DNA of 50,279 bases. Origin: Clostridiales bacterium (lineage in GTDB: Bacteria; Bacillota; Clostridia; Oscillospirales; RGIG5299). Numbering within the stretch: the first letter of the stretch is position 1; every line of letters starts with the position of its first letter. Shown here piece by piece: positions 32,025 to 41,240 of this stretch. The translations under genes and the position numbers were made by a program. The DNA is taken from assembly GCA_016281405.1 (NCBI GenBank), contig JAEEIO010000013.1, positions 1 to 50,279 of the forward strand, written 5' to 3'. The notes beneath the pieces are model-generated. The model searched no databases. It was given only the letters and a program-made list of their open reading frames with translations, and was not told the origin of the DNA.

Positions 32025-33299
32025 TTATACGTTTGTGATATATTCCTCACGTTCGGCGCCGACCGAAATGTATTTTATGCGGACGCCTATCGATTTTTCG
32101 ATGAAATCAATATAATCGACGGCCTCTTTCGGCAGGTCGCTCATCTTGCGGCAATGCGAAATATCGCAGTTCCAGCCCTTTTTGTATTCTATTACGGGCT
32201 TTGCGTTATTGAGCTTGTCGCCGAAGGGGAACTCTTTGGTTATCTCGCCGCCGCAATCGTAGGCGGTGACGACGGGGATCTCTTTCATATAGGAGAGGAC
32301 GTCCATTTTGGTAAGGGCTATTTCGTCGGCTCCCTGCACTCTCACGCCGTAGGCGGTGGCGACGGCGTCGAAGCCGCCGACGCGGCGGGGTCTTCCTGTG
32401 GCGGCGCCGTATTCGCCGCCCGCGTCGCGAAGGATCTTCGCCTCTTCCCCGAACATTTCGGCGGTGAAGGGGCCCTCGCCCACGCAGGACGAGTAAGCCT
32501 TGACGATGCCGATGGTCTTATCAAGTCTGACGCCGGGGATGCCCGCGCCTATCGGGCCGTAGGCCGCGATGGTCGACGAGGACGAGGTGTAGGGGTAGAT
32601 GCCGAAATCGATGTCGCGAAGGGCGCCGAGTTGCGCCTCGAACATTATTCTCTTGCCCTCTTTGACGGCTTTGCCGAGGAATATGCCCGTATCGGTGATG
32701 AAGGGCTTTAAGGGGTCGCCGAAGGTTTTGAGCCACTCGAGCGTTTTTTCGACCGAGACGGGCTCCTTGCCGTAGCCCTTTTCTATCGTGAGATTTTTCC
32801 ACTCGACTATGCCGGGGACTATCTTTTTAAGGTAGTCGGGGTGTAGGAGGTCCCCCATTCTGACGGCCTTTTTCATATATTTGTCGCCGTAGACGTAGGC
32901 GATGCCGCGGCGGGTGGAGCCGAATTTCGCGTCCCCCAGCCGCTCTTCCTCGATGCAGTCCTGCATGACGTGGTAGGGCATGCAGATAACGGCTTTGTCG
33001 CTTATTTTGAGGTTTTCGGGGGTTATGGAGACGCCGGCGTCCCTGAGGCGTCCCATCTCTTTGTTGAGGTGCTCGATGTCAATGACCATGCCGTTGCCCA
33101 TGACGTTTACGACCTCGGGGCGAAGTATGCCCGAGGGGAGAAGGTTCAGGATGAATTTTCCCAGGTGGTTGACGACGGTGTGACCCGCGTTGTTGCCGCC
33201 CTGATAGCGGATAACGATATCCTGTTCCTCGGAAAGCAGGTCGACCATGCGGCCCTTTCCCTCGTCGCCCCAGTTTATACCGACAATGGCAGTTAACAT
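32025..33299 (-). CDS. purA: Adenylosuccinate synthetase
   Basis: MLTAIVGINWGDEGKGRMVDLL…YQGGNNAGHTVV… is the canonical PurA N-terminus; 424 aa. Confidence 0.95.
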   Translation of the reverse strand: MLTAIVGINWGDEGKGRMVDLLSEEQDIVIRYQGGNNAGHTVVNHLGKFILNLLPSGILRPEVVNVMGNGMVIDIEHLNKEMGRLRDAGVSITPENLKISDKAVICMPYHVMQDCIEEERLGDAKFGSTRRGIAYVYGDKYMKKAVRMGDLLHPDYLKKIVPGIVEWKNLTIEKGYGKEPVSVEKTLEWLKTFGDPLKPFITDTGIFLGKAVKEGKRIMFEAQLGALRDIDFGIYPYTSSSSTIAAYGPIGAGIPGVRLDKTIGIVKAYSSCVGEGPFTAEMFGEEAKILRDAGGEYGAATGRPRRVGGFDAVATAYGVRVQGADEIALTKMDVLSYMKEIPVVTAYDCGGEITKEFPFGDKLNNAKPVIEYKKGWNCDISHCRKMSDLPKEAVDYIDFIEKSIGVRIKYISVGAEREEYITNV

Positions 33300-33323
33300 T
33301 GGTATTCCTCCGTTTTTGCTCTC

Positions 33324-33363
33324 AAAAAGGCGCTTTTCAAGGGTAAAGACCGATGAAAAGCGC
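33324..33363 (-). promoter_or_regulatory. Terminator-like hairpin inside the purA 5' leader (candidate attenuator)
   Basis: gcgcttttc (33330-33338) pairs with gaaaagcgc (33355-33363) across a 16-nt loop. In the mRNA it is followed by CUUUUUG, ~30 nt before the ATG. Confidence 0.4.
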
Positions 33364-33386
33364 GACTCTTTGTTTTTACCTTAAAA

Positions 33387-33415
33387 ATTATACTATAATG
33401 AAGTAGTGTTGTCAA
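33387..33415 (-). promoter_or_regulatory. purA promoter
   Basis: Minus strand reads TTGACA (33410-33415), 17-nt spacer, TATAAT (33387-33392). Confidence 0.7.
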
Positions 33416-33461
33416 GAGGTGATGAGCAATATTTGAATAAATACACATCGGCGAAAAAGAA

Positions 33462-33483
33462 AATAAGACCTCGCGGTCTTATT
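33462..33483 (-). terminator. Terminator of the 3D-domain gene
   Basis: aataagacc (33462-33470), loop tcgc, ggtcttatt (33475-33483). The minus strand continues UUCUUUUUCG. The stop codon lies inside the stem. Confidence 0.6.
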
Positions 33484-34582
33484 ATTTCTTTTTGTATCTT
33501 TCGGGCGGGTCGACGAAGGAGGGACGGCCCGAGAGAATATAGATCTTCACCCTGCGGCGTCCCCACGCGCGCGCCTCGGCGACGGTGTCGAAATGGAGGT
33601 CGATCCAGGTCGGGTTGGAGCTTCCCGAGGTGTCGCAGACGTAGGTGTAGCCGTATTCAAAGCCCGTCCTGGCGTCGACGACGTATATCCACGAGCCCAT
33701 CCTCACGGCGCCCGGGTTTTTATGGCTGACGGCGGCGATGCCGTAGTCGGTATGATAGCCCATGGCGGTGCAGAAGCTCAGATTCTTCTGCTGAGAAGAG
33801 TAGGCGGTCGAGCCGTATTCGACGACGTCGACGACGTAGCTCATATCGAGTCCGTGAGCCTCCCACTCGGGATGGTAGACGACGTATCTGACGGCGTCCT
33901 TCGGGTTGGAAAGCTTGACCGAGCTCAGAAGCTCCTTCTCGACGAGCTTGCCGTCGACGTATTTGCATTTGTAGGTCAGCTTGGTCTGACCCTTGCGTCC
34001 CGCCGTGTCCCCGGGGACGCGGTTTATCGCCGCGAGGAACCAGACGCGGTAGGTGGTGGTCCTGAAGTTGGTGTATTTTATCTCGGTCTGAAGGCTGTAG
34101 CCGACGCGGTTTATCTCTATCTCCCCGCAGTCGGAAAGCATGACGTCTTCCTCGACCGAAACGGTGTCCTCGACTCCGAGGGTGATGAAGTTTTTGTCGA
34201 AGAATTCGCCGACGGTCATATCCTCGCTGTAAAAGGTCGAGCGGACGCCGCCGTCGACGACTACTTTTTCAATAAGCGACGATTCGGCCAGATTGTCGGT
34301 CGCGGGGTCTCCCGCCACGAAAAGCTCGCCGAGCTGGAAAAGACTGTAGGTATACTGTTGCATATAGGCGCCCGATTCGCGTCCCGCGGCGTCGGGCTCG
34401 TATTCGGCGGCCGACGAGTTTTCGCGCGACGAAGCCGTCACCGCGACCAAGGCGGCGGCGACGAGAGAGGCGGCGAAAAGCAGCGCCGCGAAGAGGTTGC
34501 CCGCTCTTTTCACCGAAAATACGCTTTTAATGCCGTCCGCGGCCTTTTTTGCGGCTTCGCCGATTTTTTGAAAAAACTTCAC
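33482..34582 (-). CDS. YabE-like cell-wall protein: N-terminal TM anchor, DUF348, G5 and C-terminal 3D (MltA/RlpA-like) domains
   Basis: 366 aa with GTG start after AAAGGAGGGTG. …VVVDGGVRSTFYSEDMTVGEFF… (DUF348-like), …GRKGQTKLTYKCKYVDGKLVEKELLS… (G5-like), …GSWIYVVDARTGFEYGYTYVCDTSGSSNPTWIDLHFDT… (3D). Confidence 0.75.
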   Translation of the reverse strand: MKFFQKIGEAAKKAADGIKSVFSVKRAGNLFAALLFAASLVAAALVAVTASSRENSSAAEYEPDAAGRESGAYMQQYTYSLFQLGELFVAGDPATDNLAESSLIEKVVVDGGVRSTFYSEDMTVGEFFDKNFITLGVEDTVSVEEDVMLSDCGEIEINRVGYSLQTEIKYTNFRTTTYRVWFLAAINRVPGDTAGRKGQTKLTYKCKYVDGKLVEKELLSSVKLSNPKDAVRYVVYHPEWEAHGLDMSYVVDVVEYGSTAYSSQQKNLSFCTAMGYHTDYGIAAVSHKNPGAVRMGSWIYVVDARTGFEYGYTYVCDTSGSSNPTWIDLHFDTVAEARAWGRRRVKIYILSGRPSFVDPPERYKKK

Positions 34583-34720
34583 GTTTCACCCTCCTTTCGG
34601 AGTTAATGCGGCGTTTCTGAAGGGATTATTGACCGATTTTACAAAAATCAATCGCAAATCGGGCGAAAAAAGGGCAAAAAGCCGAAGGTTTCGCCGACAT
34701 TTTCAAATAAAAACGCCATG

Positions 34721-34760
34721 AAAAAGCGCGTCCCTCTTTTTCGCCTGAAAAAGAGGGACG
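34721..34760 (-). terminator. rplM-rpsI operon terminator
   Basis: cgtccctcttttt (34729-34741), loop cgcctg, aaaaagagggacg (34748-34760). The minus strand continues CGCUUUUU. Confidence 0.8.
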
Positions 34761-34767
34761 TGAGAAA

Positions 34768-35169
34768 TTATCTCTTGGAGAACTGAGGAGCGCGACGGGC
34801 GGCTTTGAGGCCGTACTTCTTTCTTTCCTTCATTCTGGGGTCTCTCGTTAAGAGGCCGGCCTTTTTGAGGGGAAGACGAAGCTCCGCGTCGTAGCGGAGG
34901 AGCGCTCTCGCGGCGCCGTGACGGATGGCGCCCGCCTGTCCGGTGACGCCGCCGCCGCTTACGGTGGCTATGACGTCGAATTTGCCGACGGTGCCGGTGA
35001 CTTCGAAGGCCTGACGGACGACGAGTTTAAGCGTCTCAAGGCCGAAATAATCGTCTATGTCTCTGCCGTTGATGGTGATAACGCCGCTGCCGGGAAGGAT
35101 GCGGACTCTCGCGACGGAGCTCTTTCTTCTGCCGGTGCCGTAAAAATACTCTTTTTTAGAAGTATACAT
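34768..35169 (-). CDS. rpsI: 30S ribosomal protein S9
   Basis: 133 aa, …[20 protein letters not shown]…RRAPQFSKR. Confidence 0.97.
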   Translation of the reverse strand: MYTSKKEYFYGTGRRKSSVARVRILPGSGVITINGRDIDDYFGLETLKLVVRQAFEVTGTVGKFDVIATVSGGGVTGQAGAIRHGAARALLRYDAELRLPLKKAGLLTRDPRMKERKKYGLKAARRAPQFSKR

Positions 35170-35185
35170 CTTATATTATCCTCCC

Positions 35186-35611
35186 TTACTTCACGAGCTC
35201 GGGCTTCTGCGCAGCGTGGGGATGCTCGGCGCCCGCGTAGACCTTAAGTCTCAGATATGCCGCTCTGCCGATGACGGTGTCGGGGATCATGCCTTTTACG
35301 GCCTTCTCGATGACCATTTCGGGCTTGGTGGCCATGACGGTCTTGTAGCTGACTTCCTTGAGTCCGCCTACCCAACCGCTGTGATGACGGTAGACTTTCT
35401 GTTCGGCTTTCTTGCCGGTGAGGATGGCCGAGGCCGCGTTGACGACTATCACGAAGTCGCCGCAGTCGGCGTTGGGGGTGAATTCGGGTTTGTTCTTGCC
35501 GCGAAGCAAATCGGCGGCGGCGACGGCGATCTTGCCGACGGGCTTGCCCGCCGCGTCGATGACGAACCATTTACGCTCGGTCTTTTCCGAGTTTGCCATG
35601 TAGGTTTTCAT
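35186..35611 (-). CDS. rplM: 50S ribosomal protein L13
   Basis: 141 aa, MKTYMANSEKTERKWFVIDAAGKPVGKIA…HHSGWVGGLK…. Confidence 0.97.
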   Translation of the reverse strand: MKTYMANSEKTERKWFVIDAAGKPVGKIAVAAADLLRGKNKPEFTPNADCGDFVIVVNAASAILTGKKAEQKVYRHHSGWVGGLKEVSYKTVMATKPEMVIEKAVKGMIPDTVIGRAAYLRLKVYAGAEHPHAAQKPELVK

Positions 35612-35703
35612 TTGGACTTTCCTTCCTTATTATATTATGCCCGCGTCTCTCCGCGCCGCCTGAATAACAGCGCGGTCGGACGTTTTTCGCGTTCAGCCCG
35701 AAT

Positions 35704-35732
35704 AATATACACTATTAAAAACGCCGTGTCAA
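35704..35732 (-). promoter_or_regulatory. rplM-rpsI promoter, followed by a ~90-nt structured leader (possible L13-leader-type autoregulatory RNA)
   Basis: Minus strand reads TTGACA (35727-35732), 17-nt spacer, TATATT (35704-35709). The leader at 35612-35697 contains complementary CUGAACGCG / CGCGCUG…UUCAG segments. Its identity as an L13 leader is unverified. Confidence 0.55.
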
Positions 35733-35823
35733 GGGGGTAAAAACAAAAAAATCAATTTATATCCTTAATTCTCTCGTTTTTTCGCTTATTTGCTCTTTTT
35801 CTCTCTGTTTTTAAGAAATCGGA

Positions 35824-36117
35824 TTATTTTTTTACTCTCTTCGCGGCCGCCGCCGACCTTTTGAGAGAGCGCGCGAGCGCCGCCTTTTTTATTTCGCGAT
35901 ACTCCTCCGCGTTTTTTTCGGTTTCCTTCCTCTTTTGCTCCTCAAGGTCGCAAAGCGCCGCTTTCTGAAGTTCGGAGTCCTCATATTTCAGATAACGTCC
36001 GAAGGCGGACGGATACAAAAAGGTGCGGGTGACGCCGTCGAAAACCGCGGCGATATAGCCGTCCTTTTTCGAAACGACCTGTCCCCTGCCGTATATTATA
36101 TGTATGACCGTATCCAT
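35824..36117 (-). CDS. Small hypothetical protein with Lys/Glu-rich C-terminal tail
   Basis: ATG 36117 lies after AAAGAGG (ORF track starts at 36177). MDTVIHIIYGRGQVVSKKDGYIAAVFDG…. Confidence 0.5.
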   Translation of the reverse strand: MDTVIHIIYGRGQVVSKKDGYIAAVFDGVTRTFLYPSAFGRYLKYEDSELQKAALCDLEEQKRKETEKNAEEYREIKKAALARSLKRSAAAAKRVKK

Positions 36118-36321
36118 TTCAAAGCCTCTTTTCCGACTATAATTATACATTTTTCGGGCTTTTCGCCGCAAAGGCAATTTTTAACGAAAAAACCGTTTTC
36201 TTTTTGCTTTTTTAAGACAAAACGCGCATCGTCGAGGCCGTTTGCGCGGCGGCAAAGTCACCAAAGACGGCGGCCCGTTTTTGTGAAATGTTACAAAAAT
36301 CCGGATAATTGTGAAAAGTTC

Positions 36322-36350
36322 TTGAAAAGCGCGTCATTTATATATATAAT
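36322..36350 (+). promoter_or_regulatory. Promoter of the 279-aa surface protein gene
   Basis: TTGAAA (36322-36327), 17-nt spacer, TATAAT (36345-36350). Confidence 0.65.
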
Positions 36351-36386
36351 AGGAGTTGCAAATATGCAGAAAGGAAGAATACGAAA

Positions 36387-37226
36387 ATGAAAAAACTTCT
36401 CGCAATCGTTCTCACGGCGATACTCGCGCTGTCGCTCGTCGTCTCGGCCTCGGCCTCGGCCCCGATAAGCGACTCCAAGTGGACCTGCACCGAAGGCACC
36501 GACGCCTCGATGTACACCATCAACAACGACGGCTCGGTCGCTATCTCCTACCGCCAGACGGACGTCACCTGGGCCAACTGCGCCATCCTCTTCGACGCTT
36601 CGGCTTACGGTCAGAACTTTGACGTCACCTTCAAAGTGAAGCTCCCGACTAAAGTCAACGACGGTCAGGGCAACATGACCCAGGGTTGCCCCGCTTTTGC
36701 GGTAAATGCTTCCGCCAACTGGTACGACGGTTTCTGCGTCAAGGTCATCGATTACTCCAATCATCCCACCGTCGGCGTCGGCACCGAGGCCAATCTCAGC
36801 ACCTGCTGGGAAATCTTCGACCCCGCGGTTCCCAGCCCCGTTAGCGTCCCCACCGCCGACGGCATAGCCTACGCCGACGCGAAGATAAGCGCCACGGGTT
36901 GGAACGACGTTAAAATCGAAGTCAGGGCAGGCTCCGCTTCCGTTTACTTAAACAACGTGAAGATAGTCGACAATCACGCCATAAGCTCGAGCGGCCATAT
37001 GGTAGCCCTCGGCACCAACGGCGACAGCGGCAATACCGACGTCTCCAAGATGACCACCTATAAGAACTTCAAGATAGCCACCGTCGACGGCTCCAAGAGC
37101 TACACCGCGTTCGGCGCCTCCGCCGCCCCCGACACCGCCGATCCGATGGATTTCGTCATAGTCGGCGCCGCCCTCGTTATCTCGCTTGCCGCCGCCGCTT
37201 TCGTGATGAAGGCCAGAAAGGCATAA
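36387..37226 (+). CDS. Surface protein: signal peptide, ConA/LamG-like (DUF1080-like) beta-sandwich, C-terminal TM anchor
   Basis: MKKLLAIVLTAILALSLVVSASASA… …GWNDVKIEVRAGSASVYLNNVKIVD… C-terminus FVIVGAALVISLAAAAFVMKARKA. Confidence 0.6.
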   Translation: MKKLLAIVLTAILALSLVVSASASAPISDSKWTCTEGTDASMYTINNDGSVAISYRQTDVTWANCAILFDASAYGQNFDVTFKVKLPTKVNDGQGNMTQGCPAFAVNASANWYDGFCVKVIDYSNHPTVGVGTEANLSTCWEIFDPAVPSPVSVPTADGIAYADAKISATGWNDVKIEVRAGSASVYLNNVKIVDNHAISSSGHMVALGTNGDSGNTDVSKMTTYKNFKIATVDGSKSYTAFGASAAPDTADPMDFVIVGAALVISLAAAAFVMKARKA

Positions 37227-37255
37227 ACAGAAAAGAATAAACCAAATATAAAAGG

Positions 37256-37285
37256 CTCCCCGACCGCAAGGTTGGGGAGTTTTTT
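37256..37285. terminator. Terminator shared by convergent genes
   Basis: ctccccgacc (37256-37265), loop gcaa, ggttggggag (37270-37279; one G-U), then T6. Confidence 0.8.
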
Positions 37286-37310
37286 ATTGATATGAGGGGG
37301 TCGCGTAATT

Positions 37311-37488
37311 CCCGCGCCGCCTCCGCCGCGCGCGGCGGCGAGGCCCGCCCTCGCTTTCCCGCCGCTTCCGACTTTTTCCGCCGCCCGCTTTTTTCCGAAA
37401 AAAACCGTGTTTCTCGTGCGCGCACGCGTGAGCGTGCGCACGCGTGCGAGGGCGGGCGGCCTGCGCCCTTCGGGCGCGGCGGCGCGGG
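37311..37488. repeat. ~180-nt extremely GC-rich non-coding element with nested long-range complementarity and internal palindromes (REP-like?)
   Basis: cccgcgccgcc (37311-37321) pairs with ggcggcgcggg (37478-37488). gcccgccctcgc (37343-37354) pairs with gcgagggcgggc (37446-37457). Internal palindromes: gccgcgcgcggc, cgtgcgcgcacg, gcgtgcgcacgc. Also a gcgccc-ttc-gggcgc hairpin. Confidence 0.5.
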
Positions 37489-37492
37489 GGGA

Positions 37493-39496
37493 TCACGACG
37501 CGGCGAAGTAATCGTAAATCGAGCGGGCGAGGGACGCGGCAAAGGCGTCCCCGTTTTCGGGTTTTAAGAACCAGTCGTATTCGCAGATATTGGTGAGGTA
37601 GCCGCATTCGATTATGATCGAGGGCATCGACGAGACGTGGCAGACGATATAGTCGCCGAAGGCGGCGTTTTTATACGGTCTGCGGGCGTAACGCGAGACG
37701 CCCGCCGCCACCGTTTCGGCAAGTCTTTTCGAGTGGGCGTTCGCGTAAATGGTCAGCACGCCGCGGCGGGTAAGCGGGTCTCCCTCGCACGAGACGGCGT
37801 TGTAGTGTATCGAAACGGCGATATCGGCGCCGCTCGGGAGGTAGGTCTTTTTGACCTCGCTCGCGCGGTAGACGACGTCCTCGCTGTCGCCGCGGGATAA
37901 AACCACCTCAGCGCCGAGGCCGCGGAGGTATCCGGCCGTGAGGGTCGCGGTGCGGTAGTTCAATACGCGCTCGCGTAAGTCGTTCGGCCAGTCGGGTCCC
38001 TGCGTGCCGCCAACGTGGGGCGAATGTCCCGCGTCGAGCATTATTTTTATGCCCGCAAGCGGTTTTTCGCCGTCTCCCGCCTTTTTGGGAAGGCGGAAAG
38101 CAATCACCGCTTCGTCGCCCTCGTATTTCGCGATATATCCCAGGTGCTCCGCGCCCTCTTTGAAGCGAAGGAGCAGGCCGTCGGCGCGGAAGGAGGCGTC
38201 TTTGAAAAGCGGGTTTTCGGGGACAGCGAGGTCGACGGGGCCTTTGACGCCGTAAAAGGTCAGCAACGCGCCCTCTTCCCTTTCGCGGACGGCGAAAACG
38301 GGCGCGCCGACGGTTTTGACGCGGACCGTGAAAAAGCCGTCCTCAAGTCCTGCCGAAAGGCTTTTGATTTCGCGCGCGGGGAGCGGTTCGTCGGTGACGG
38401 ACGCCTTATCGCAAAGGGCGAAAAGGCCGTTTTCGAGGGCGTAGACCTCGACCTCGGTGTTATTCAGGCGGTTTTTCGTCCGAAATCGGTCGATAATTTT
38501 CGCTTTCGCGCCGCTCGGGGCGTAGAAGGCGTCGGCGCTCGAGGTTATGGGGACCGACGTGAAGACGAGCGGGTCGCCGTCCGACGACAGAACGGCGGTT
38601 TTGCCGTCCGTTTCAAAGGCGGCGGCAAGCGAGTTTTCGGCGTTCTTAGCTGACGTCGGGCGGTCGATATTGAAGGTCAAAGCGTTTTCGCCGTTTTCGA
38701 GGGTTATTACGTTTTTGCCCGGGCTCAGCGGCGCGCGGACGGAGAAAAGTCCGCTCGGCGTGACCGCGACCTCGGCGCCGTTAAGATAAAGCGGCTTTTC
38801 GGGGTCGCACCCGCCCGTGAACCAGACGGCGCCTCGCGTGGTCGAAAAGCTTCGCGAAGACGGAATGCCCACCGTCAAGGCTTTGGTATCGTACCTCGCG
38901 GAAGGCATAAAGAGCGCCGAAAGGACGTCGGCGGCGCCGTTTTCGTTTTTTTTGACGGCGTCGGCGCCGCTTATCAAAGCAATGAGGCCGTCCGACTTCT
39001 CGTCGGCATACAGTTCGTCGATAAGCTCCGTCGGCTCGCGGGAAGACATGTCAAAAGTCAAAACCGAAAGCCGCTTGCCGCCCTTATAGGCGGCGGTATC
39101 GGTGAAAAAGGGCTTTTCGTATGCTGACGAGAGGAAGCGGAGCGCCTCCTCGGAGATCTCGCAGTCGAAAAATACGGCTGCGTTTCGGGCGTCTGCGAAC
39201 GCTTTTGCCGCCGACGGCTCGCGGCAGACCGCGAGGCCGCCGTCCGACGGGACGGCGGTGACGCCGAGGTTCGCGTAAAGGCGTAAATCGTCTTCCGAGG
39301 GGGCGGGGTCGAGAAGGTAGAGGTCGGGGGTCTCGGAGGGGAAAAGCGAACCCTCGGCGTAGCCGTCGGCGAGATATGCGGTTTTTGTTATTATACTCGG
39401 GGGCGTTTCTTTGCCGTTTGAAAATATTATCGCCGCGGCGGCGGCCGCGGCCGCCGCCAGTATGGCGGCGAATACCGTTTTTTTCACCGTCTTCAC
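37493..39496 (-). CDS. N-acetylmuramoyl-L-alanine amidase (Amidase_3 C-terminal domain) with N-terminal TM anchor and ~440-aa unassigned domain
   Basis: 667 aa. C-terminus IKIMLDAGHSPHVGGTQGP…AVSIHYNAV…IIECGYLTN. N-terminus MKTVKKTVFAAILAAAAAAAAAIIF. GTG start. Confidence 0.8.
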   Translation of the reverse strand: MKTVKKTVFAAILAAAAAAAAAIIFSNGKETPPSIITKTAYLADGYAEGSLFPSETPDLYLLDPAPSEDDLRLYANLGVTAVPSDGGLAVCREPSAAKAFADARNAAVFFDCEISEEALRFLSSAYEKPFFTDTAAYKGGKRLSVLTFDMSSREPTELIDELYADEKSDGLIALISGADAVKKNENGAADVLSALFMPSARYDTKALTVGIPSSRSFSTTRGAVWFTGGCDPEKPLYLNGAEVAVTPSGLFSVRAPLSPGKNVITLENGENALTFNIDRPTSAKNAENSLAAAFETDGKTAVLSSDGDPLVFTSVPITSSADAFYAPSGAKAKIIDRFRTKNRLNNTEVEVYALENGLFALCDKASVTDEPLPAREIKSLSAGLEDGFFTVRVKTVGAPVFAVREREEGALLTFYGVKGPVDLAVPENPLFKDASFRADGLLLRFKEGAEHLGYIAKYEGDEAVIAFRLPKKAGDGEKPLAGIKIMLDAGHSPHVGGTQGPDWPNDLRERVLNYRTATLTAGYLRGLGAEVVLSRGDSEDVVYRASEVKKTYLPSGADIAVSIHYNAVSCEGDPLTRRGVLTIYANAHSKRLAETVAAGVSRYARRPYKNAAFGDYIVCHVSSMPSIIIECGYLTNICEYDWFLKPENGDAFAASLARSIYDYFAAS

Positions 39497-39532
39497 CGTT
39501 TTAACTTTATGAGAGGCGCGGCGAAAATATGA

Positions 39533-39563
39533 AAACGTCCTCCCTAAAGGCGGGAGGACGTTT
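39533..39563 (-). terminator. Terminator of the DUF1846 gene
   Basis: aaacgtcctccc (39533-39544), 7-nt loop, gggaggacgttt (39552-39563). The minus strand continues UCAUAUUUU. Confidence 0.75.
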
Positions 39564-39574
39564 GGATTTTTCCG

Positions 39575-41062
39575 TTATTTGTGATAGAGCTTTTTGGTCT
39601 GATACTGCGGCTCGCAGGTGAGGTTTATGCCGAGCTTTCTGTAAACGTCCTGGTCGATTTGCGCGAGTATGACGGTCGAGTGCGCCTCGCACCAGCGGAG
39701 CTCTTTGAGGTTTTCCATCGCCTTTGCCGCCTCGGGACTTGTGGCCGCCGATATCGCGAGGGCGATAAGCACCTCGTCGGAGTGAAGGCGCGGGTTTTTG
39801 TTGCCGAGCGCGCCCGTCTTGAGCGCCTGTATGGGTAAAATTACCTCGGGTTTGATGAGGTCTATTTCGTCGGGTATGCCGCTTATCACCTTGACGGCGT
39901 TAAGGAGCGCCGCCGACGAGGCGCCGAGGAGCTTGGAGGTCTTGCCCGTGACTATTTTGCCGTCCCCGAGCTCAATGGCTACGGCGGGCTGATTTTCGGT
40001 TTCTGCCGACTTCGCGAGCGCCGCGCCGACGACCTTTCTGTCGTCCGCCGAGATGCCCGCCTGATTCATGAGAAGCTCTATCTTCTTTACCGCCTCGTCG
40101 GTGCCTACGCCGAGACGCTTATATTTGAGGGCGTCGAAATAACGCCTTATGATCTCGTCGAGAGCCGCTTTTTTGCAGACCTCGTCGTCGGAGATGCAAA
40201 AGCCGGCCATATTCACGCCCATATCGGTCGGCGACTTATAGGGGCTTTCGCCGTAGATCTTTTCGAACATGGCGTTGAGGACGGGAAAAACCTCGACGTC
40301 GCGGTTGTAATTGACCGTCGTAACGCCGTATGCCTCGAGGTGATAGGGGTCTATCATGTTGACGTCGTTAAGGTCGGCCGTCGCCGCCTCGTAGGCGAGG
40401 TTTACGGGGTGCTTCAGGGGAAGGTTCCATATCGGGAAGGTCTCGAATTTGGCGTAGCCCGCCTTTTTGCCGCGGATATTCTCGTGGTAAAGCTGCGAGA
40501 GGCAGGTCGCCATTTTGCCGCTGCCGGGGCCGGGGGCGGTCACGACGACGAGCGGGGCGGTCGTCTCTATGTAATCGTTTTTGCCGAAGCCGTTTTCCGA
40601 AACGATGTTCGGCACGTCGAAGGGGTAATTCGAAATGGGGTAATGGAGATAGACTTTGACGCCGAGCCGCTCGAGCTTTTCCTTGAAGGCGACGGCGGCG
40701 GGCTGTTCTTTATACTTGGAGATGACGACGCTTCCGACGTAAAGATCTATGGCTCTGAAGGCGTCGATAAGACGGAGGACGTCGAGATCGTAGGTGATGC
40801 CTATGTCGCTACGCATCTTGTTTTTCTCGATGTCGCAGGAGTTGACGACGACGACTATCTCGACCTCTTTGCCGAGCGAGCGGAGCATCGAGAGCTTGCT
40901 GTCGGGCTTGAAGCCGGGGAGCACCCTCGAGGCGTGGTGGTCGTCGAACAGCTTGCCGCCGAACTCGAGATAGAGCTTGCCGCCGAATTCGGCGATGCGC
41001 CGACGTATCTCCGCGCCCTGCCTTTCGATATATTTTTCGTTGTCAAAGCCGATTTTACGCAT
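39575..41062 (-). CDS. DUF1846 / UPF0371 family protein
   Basis: 495 aa. The MRKIGFDNEKYIERQGAEIRRRIAEFGGKLYLEFGGKLFDDHHASRVLPGFKPDSKL N-terminus is typical of UPF0371. Confidence 0.8.
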   Translation of the reverse strand: MRKIGFDNEKYIERQGAEIRRRIAEFGGKLYLEFGGKLFDDHHASRVLPGFKPDSKLSMLRSLGKEVEIVVVVNSCDIEKNKMRSDIGITYDLDVLRLIDAFRAIDLYVGSVVISKYKEQPAAVAFKEKLERLGVKVYLHYPISNYPFDVPNIVSENGFGKNDYIETTAPLVVVTAPGPGSGKMATCLSQLYHENIRGKKAGYAKFETFPIWNLPLKHPVNLAYEAATADLNDVNMIDPYHLEAYGVTTVNYNRDVEVFPVLNAMFEKIYGESPYKSPTDMGVNMAGFCISDDEVCKKAALDEIIRRYFDALKYKRLGVGTDEAVKKIELLMNQAGISADDRKVVGAALAKSAETENQPAVAIELGDGKIVTGKTSKLLGASSAALLNAVKVISGIPDEIDLIKPEVILPIQALKTGALGNKNPRLHSDEVLIALAISAATSPEAAKAMENLKELRWCEAHSTVILAQIDQDVYRKLGINLTCEPQYQTKKLYHK

Positions 41063-41175
41063 CGTTTTATCTCCGTCAGTTTATTTAAAGAAAATTATAC
41101 CACAAACCGCTGCGCCGCGCAAGAAAGAAAAGCAATATATCGACAAAAAATATCAAAAAATTAAGGGCTTTTGAT

Positions 41176-41205
41176 TTGACAAGAATATATCTAATGTTAT
41201 ATAAT
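41176..41205 (+). promoter_or_regulatory. mnmE-mnmG-lysA promoter
   Basis: TTGACA (41176-41181), then TATATA at a 16-nt spacer (41198-41203, preceded by TGT) or TATAAT at an 18-nt spacer (41200-41205). Confidence 0.65.
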
Positions 41206-41240
41206 ATTATGAAAATTTATCGACTGAAATCGGGGCGATA

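Noticed and set aside
37292-37607. Several 90-120-aa ORFs on both strands in the GC-rich spacer (for example MRGSRNSRAASAARGGEARPRF…).
   Set aside because: They are extreme Arg/Ala/Gly composition artefacts of a ~75% GC palindromic region, with no SD. The region is treated as a non-coding element instead.
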